In this document: one piece after another, positions 61,020-64,000 of the stretch
Layout of the letters: each line of letters opens with the position of its first letter
Numbering within the stretch: position 1 is the first letter of the stretch
IMG/VR virus record: IMGVR_UViG_3300030616_000016
Location: 70,561 to 134,560 of that record
Length of the DNA: 64,000 nt
Source of the DNA: a virus
Reading direction: 5' to 3' (one strand)
Program-made: the position numbers and the translations under genes
Notes under the pieces: generated by a model
Told to the model about the DNA's origin: nothing
The model's input: the letters and a program-made list of their open reading frames with translations, nothing else
The model's database searches: none

Positions 61020-62240
61020 CTATGTCAATTGTTCTGGAATAAGCTCGCTTTGATTTCTCCAATTTAGAGCTTGTTCCACTGTTTTGATATTTTGTGGTAC
61101 GCATTCCATGTGCCATGTACCAATGCTTGGATTTAGCATTTTAAGATAAGGCCATTTGCCGGTCTCACCCTTCAGATCTACTACAACCAATTCATAATCT
61201 CCTTGCGTGTCCAGTGATTCAGCGCCCGTAGATTTGACAATTCGTTCTATACCTACCTTTCTTATAAACTCCCTACGGACTTCTGCATTATCAAGTTCTG
61301 CGAATTTAGCAGGGTCAATGTCATGCTCATTCGTTTCTGCTAACCACTGCGGAACTCGTACATTATTCAAATGCCACAGTCCCCAACCGTCCGCAAATTT
61401 TACAGACATTCCTCCATCTTTATGCAGATGACTGGCTTTCCAGTTTATTTCGATTGGATTCCGACTTACAATAGCAACATTTTTATACAGTGCGCTTGAG
61501 GATATTTTTCTGTTGTAATTTAGAAATATATCATATTTTTCTTTCTCATATTTAACGCCTATATATTTCCCAAACTCGTAAACTCCGCACCAATCATTCC
61601 ACCATATGTTTATATACTGCTCGGTTTTTAATTTGTTGGCACTAAGCCTGTCACGAAGGCTGTCACGAAGGCTGTCACGAAGGCTGGCATCAAGACTGTT
61701 ACGAAGACCGGCACTAAGACTATCATAAAAACTATTATGAAGACTGTCATAAAGACTGTTACGAATATTGTCATGAAGGCTGTTACGAAGACTTTTATGA
61801 AGACTGGCATAAAGACTGTCATAAAGACTGGCATAAAGTTTGTCATAAAGATTGTCATGGAGACTGTTACGAAGACTTTTACGAAGACTTTTACGAAGAC
61901 TGGCATCAAGACTGTAATAAAGACTGTCATAAAGACTGGTATAAAGTTTGTCATAAAGATTGTCATGGAGACTGTTACGAAGACTTTTATGAAGATTGTC
62001 ATGAAGATTGTTATGAAGATTGTCACTAAGCAAATGTTCTGTTAGTGCTGTTGTTAATGGGCTATCACAGATTATAATTTTAATGGCATTATCTGCACCA
62101 GTCATTTTTACAATAGGCAATACTGCGTGTTTAATTTCTTCATCACTGTATTGCGCCGATATGAGGTTTAAACAGCGATTTATATGTCTTGGTATCATTT
62201 TTTCTTGTTCTTTTGTTAAACTCATAATTTCCTCTTTCAT
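61020..62240 (-). CDS. Repeat protein: central (x-S-L-x)n tract and a C-terminal DUF6745-like domain
   Basis: About 130 aa of LHDNLYDKLYASLYDSLRNSL... repeats. C-terminal HLHKDGGMSVKFADGWGLWHLNNVRVPQW...DNAEVRREFIRKVG. Confidence 0.6.
   Translation of the reverse strand: MKEEIMSLTKEQEKMIPRHINRCLNLISAQYSDEEIKHAVLPIVKMTGADNAIKIIICDSPLTTALTEHLLSDNLHNNLHDNLHKSLRNSLHDNLYDKLYTSLYDSLYYSLDASLRKSLRKSLRNSLHDNLYDKLYASLYDSLYASLHKSLRNSLHDNIRNSLYDSLHNSFYDSLSAGLRNSLDASLRDSLRDSLRDRLSANKLKTEQYINIWWNDWCGVYEFGKYIGVKYEKEKYDIFLNYNRKISSSALYKNVAIVSRNPIEINWKASHLHKDGGMSVKFADGWGLWHLNNVRVPQWLAETNEHDIDPAKFAELDNAEVRREFIRKVGIERIVKSTGAESLDTQGDYELVVVDLKGETGKWPYLKMLNPSIGTWHMECVPQNIKTVEQALNWRNQSELIPEQLT
61641..62030. repeat. 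Roughly 32 tandem copies of a degenerate 12-nt unit inside gene 61020-62240
   Basis: Units such as gactgtcataaa / gactgttacgaa. There is a higher-order duplication of a ~100-nt block. All three frames on both strands are open, which produces the artefact ORFs 61628-62026 and 61737-62045. Confidence 0.85.
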
Positions 62241-62512
62241 TCTGCGTCCTCCTGTTCTGGTTCTGGTCTTGTTACTTTAAATCCCATGTTTTCAACTTCA
62301 TCCAAAGTATAAGCATCCTTCCGTGGTTCTTTATATTTTCTGCTTAATTCTATCCATTTATTACAACTTGGACAACGGCTATACATGTTCCTGATTTCTG
62401 TAGGGTCAACCTTATTCAGCATGCACTCTCCATCTTTGCTTTGAAATGAATCAACAGTGGTTCCACAAAAAGGGCAATACATTTCAAAGTTTACATAGTC
62501 ATACATTCCCAT
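62237..62512 (-). CDS. Small zinc-ribbon protein
   Basis: YDYVNFEMYCPFCGT...CPSCNKW. Confidence 0.5.
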   Translation of the reverse strand: MGMYDYVNFEMYCPFCGTTVDSFQSKDGECMLNKVDPTEIRNMYSRCPSCNKWIELSRKYKEPRKDAYTLDEVENMGFKVTRPEPEQEDAE

Positions 62513-62733
62513 TCTACGTCCTCCTCAATTATTTTTTGAAGACTTTTGAAATCTGACTTTAAGTCAAAAATTGCTTTTATCATCCATCCTATCGATGTTA
62601 GTATAAATGTGATAAAGCAATAGAAAACTATATCCATTTGGTATTCTCCTGTATGTGTATCCGGCCATTTATTAGGCCAAAATGGCCTGATTGATAATTA
62701 AGTTTGTTCGATAGGCGCCGCTTAACCGCTTAT

Positions 62734-62781
62734 CAAGGTGCATTCGTAAGACCCCTGGCTTTAGGCGTGGGGTAATGTCAC
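62734..62781 (+). mobile_element. 48-bp minimal relic of the tnpB element (LE start fused to RE end)
   Basis: TTAT|CAAGGTGCATTCGTAAGACCCCTGGCTTTAGGCGTGGGGTAATGTCAC. The junction falls in the CTTTAG loop shared by the LE and RE hairpins. Confidence 0.75.
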
Positions 62782-63024
62782 TTCTAAATCTAGTTCATAT
62801 TTAATTGTTTTTACTAGATCATTAATTAATTCTGGACGTGTAGCCATAGTTTCTACATTCCAATTTCTGTTGATGTATTGTGGTTTACATCTTAAATTAA
62901 AATTTCCTCCAATATCAGAGATAGATTCAATTATAGCTTTGATTCTTTCAGGAGTTAAACCAGCATTATGATAGTCTTCAAAACTCAAATGGATTATTGT
63001 TGTTGTATAATAATTAAGTTTCAT
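62761..63024 (-). CDS. Hypothetical protein whose last five codons and stop derive from the IS relic
   Basis: The C-terminal ...EVTLPHA* is encoded by gtgacattaccccacgcctaa, the reverse complement of the RE end. Confidence 0.45.
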   Translation of the reverse strand: MKLNYYTTTIIHLSFEDYHNAGLTPERIKAIIESISDIGGNFNLRCKPQYINRNWNVETMATRPELINDLVKTIKYELDLEVTLPHA

Positions 63025-63274
63025 TGTTCAATTCCTTTAGTTTAGCTTTCCATTGTTTTTCTGAATACCATTTGCCATCGAGACACCAAGCCTTATCTCC
63101 ACTAGCCCACTCAATTGAAGGTCCATCTTCTCTGTGATATTTGTCATTAATACACCAATACTTACTTCCATTGAAACCCTCAATTGCTGGAGCACCTTTT
63201 CGATGTAAGATTTTGTTTTTATCATAATGATCAAGAATGCTACCATCTTTATAATAGAATTTACTTCTTCTCAC
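63014..63274 (-). CDS. MORN-variant repeat protein
   Basis: HRKGAPAIEGFNGSKYWCINDKYHREDGPSIEWASGDKAWCLDGKWY (repeated G-P-[AS]-I-E...G-x-K-x-W...G-K-x-H). Confidence 0.55.
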   Translation of the reverse strand: MRRSKFYYKDGSILDHYDKNKILHRKGAPAIEGFNGSKYWCINDKYHREDGPSIEWASGDKAWCLDGKWYSEKQWKAKLKELNNET

Positions 63275-63318
63275 GTTTAGCCCTTTCTCTTATTAAATAA
63301 TTAATCTATTTTCAATAT

Positions 63319-63792
63319 TTAAGTGGTTTGTAACTCGGCAATAAGTAATGTGTTTCGTAAGATACTGCGCACGCTCTCAAAACTAAGATACAAATCGCTG
63401 TAGCAATCATTACATGACTCATATGGATAGTTATTGTATATATTATCACTCCCACAAAATGGACATGTTAATTTATATAAACTATCAGATACACATTTGT
63501 TAATATTGAATGTGAATAATTTTAATGTTAGTGCGTTGCCTTCATCGAGCGGGACTTTGAACAATAAACTATAGGTACATATATTGTCACTCCCCTTTTT
63601 TCCTATACTTTCTAGATAAAGCGGCAATTTTCTTTGTTGGCCTATGTTAAGTTCTTGAGATACAACAGTCTCCTCCTCATCTGTCATATGGAACCTATAG
63701 TTAGTCGTTTGAGTCTCGTTAAGTGTATATGGGTTAGCAATATAAATAAGCGGCCATTTCTCTTTCATAGCCTTAAGTAAGTTCAATTCCAT
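63319..63792 (-). CDS. Zinc-ribbon paralogue family member (divergent)
   Basis: MELNLLKAMKEKW... and C-terminal LTCPFCGSDNIYNNYPYESCNDC. Confidence 0.5.
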   Translation of the reverse strand: MELNLLKAMKEKWPLIYIANPYTLNETQTTNYRFHMTDEEETVVSQELNIGQQRKLPLYLESIGKKGSDNICTYSLLFKVPLDEGNALTLKLFTFNINKCVSDSLYKLTCPFCGSDNIYNNYPYESCNDCYSDLYLSFESVRSILRNTLLIAELQTT

Positions 63793-63841
63793 ATTTGATT
63801 GCTCCTTCTTGCCATCAATGTTGTTTTATACATTGATTATA

Positions 63842-63912
63842 TTAGTCACGAACCATGTTAATTTCTTTTTTGAATGGATCTACTTCTCTTACAATGTCTA
63901 TCTTTTCTCCAT
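63842..63912 (-). pseudogene. Internally deleted, frameshifted copy of gene 60682-61008
   Basis: ATGGAGAAAAGATAG... keeps the MEK(R) start, then jumps out of frame to the last 22 codons (EKIDIVREVDPFKKEINMVRD*). Confidence 0.6.
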
Positions 63913-63922
63913 TGTTTGACTC

Positions 63923-64000
63923 CTATGTCAATTGTTCTGGAATAAGCTCGCTCCGATTTCTCCAATTTAGAGCTTGCCGCACTGTTTTGATATTTTGTGG
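63923..64000 (-). CDS. 3' end of a second copy of the DUF6745-like repeat-protein gene (continues beyond window)
   Basis: 63921-64000 is near-identical to 61018-61097 (a handful of substitutions). It encodes ...PQNIKTVRQALNWRNRSELIPEQLT*. Confidence 0.7.
   Translation of the reverse strand, partial: PQNIKTVRQALNWRNRSELIPEQLT

Noticed and set aside
61628-62045. ORFs 61628-62026 (minus) and 61737-62045 (plus), with MTIFITIF... and KTVIKTV... products.
   Set aside because: These are alternative-frame readings of the 12-nt tandem repeat. The frame giving the SL-repeat protein is continuous with conserved N- and C-terminal domains.

Overview
AT-rich (about one-third GC by eye) 64-kb segment. Genes are tightly packed and almost all on the minus strand, with AGGAG-type ribosome-binding sites and many ATGA-type overlaps. 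This looks like the non-structural (replication, recombination, accessory) arm of a large, probably jumbo-class, phage of a low-GC host. I saw no capsid, tail or terminase genes, no rRNA and no canonical CRISPR array.

Recognisable content:
- Retron-type reverse transcriptase coupled to a RecA homologue and a PD-(D/E)XK resolvase-like gene.
- UvrD-like and SF2 helicases, a family-4 UDG, an HD hydrolase and a LigD-like ligase.
- Split multisubunit RNA polymerase beta and beta-prime fragments.
- PncA and PncB (NAD salvage).
- A vWA/PP2C/Ser-Thr-kinase triad next to an SPFH protein and a DIP1984-like protein.
- An MqsR-like toxin.
- An IS605-family tnpB-only element with two miniature derivatives and two older TnpB relics.
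- A large paralogous family of small proteins that end in a zinc ribbon.

Most notable observations:
1. A complete ubiquitin-like toolkit in one minus-strand block (8.5-15.3 kb): a ThiF-type E1, an E2 with an HPH...C motif, a di-glycine beta-grasp Ubl on a GC-rich islet, and a JAB/JAMM peptidase. Cys-rich zinc-ribbon proteins and a UvrD helicase are interspersed.
2. Two strictly phased arrays (10 and 17 units) of a 35-bp bipartite repeat flanking a highly basic protein gene (40.6-42.9 kb). The layout is iteron-like.
3. Tandem tRNA-like modules whose 3' half precedes the matching 5' half (circularly permuted arrangement, 23.3-23.55 kb).
4. A roughly 10.5-kb accessory cargo bracketed by inverted copies of the tnpB element ends.

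All functional calls come from reading motifs by eye. No database search was possible.
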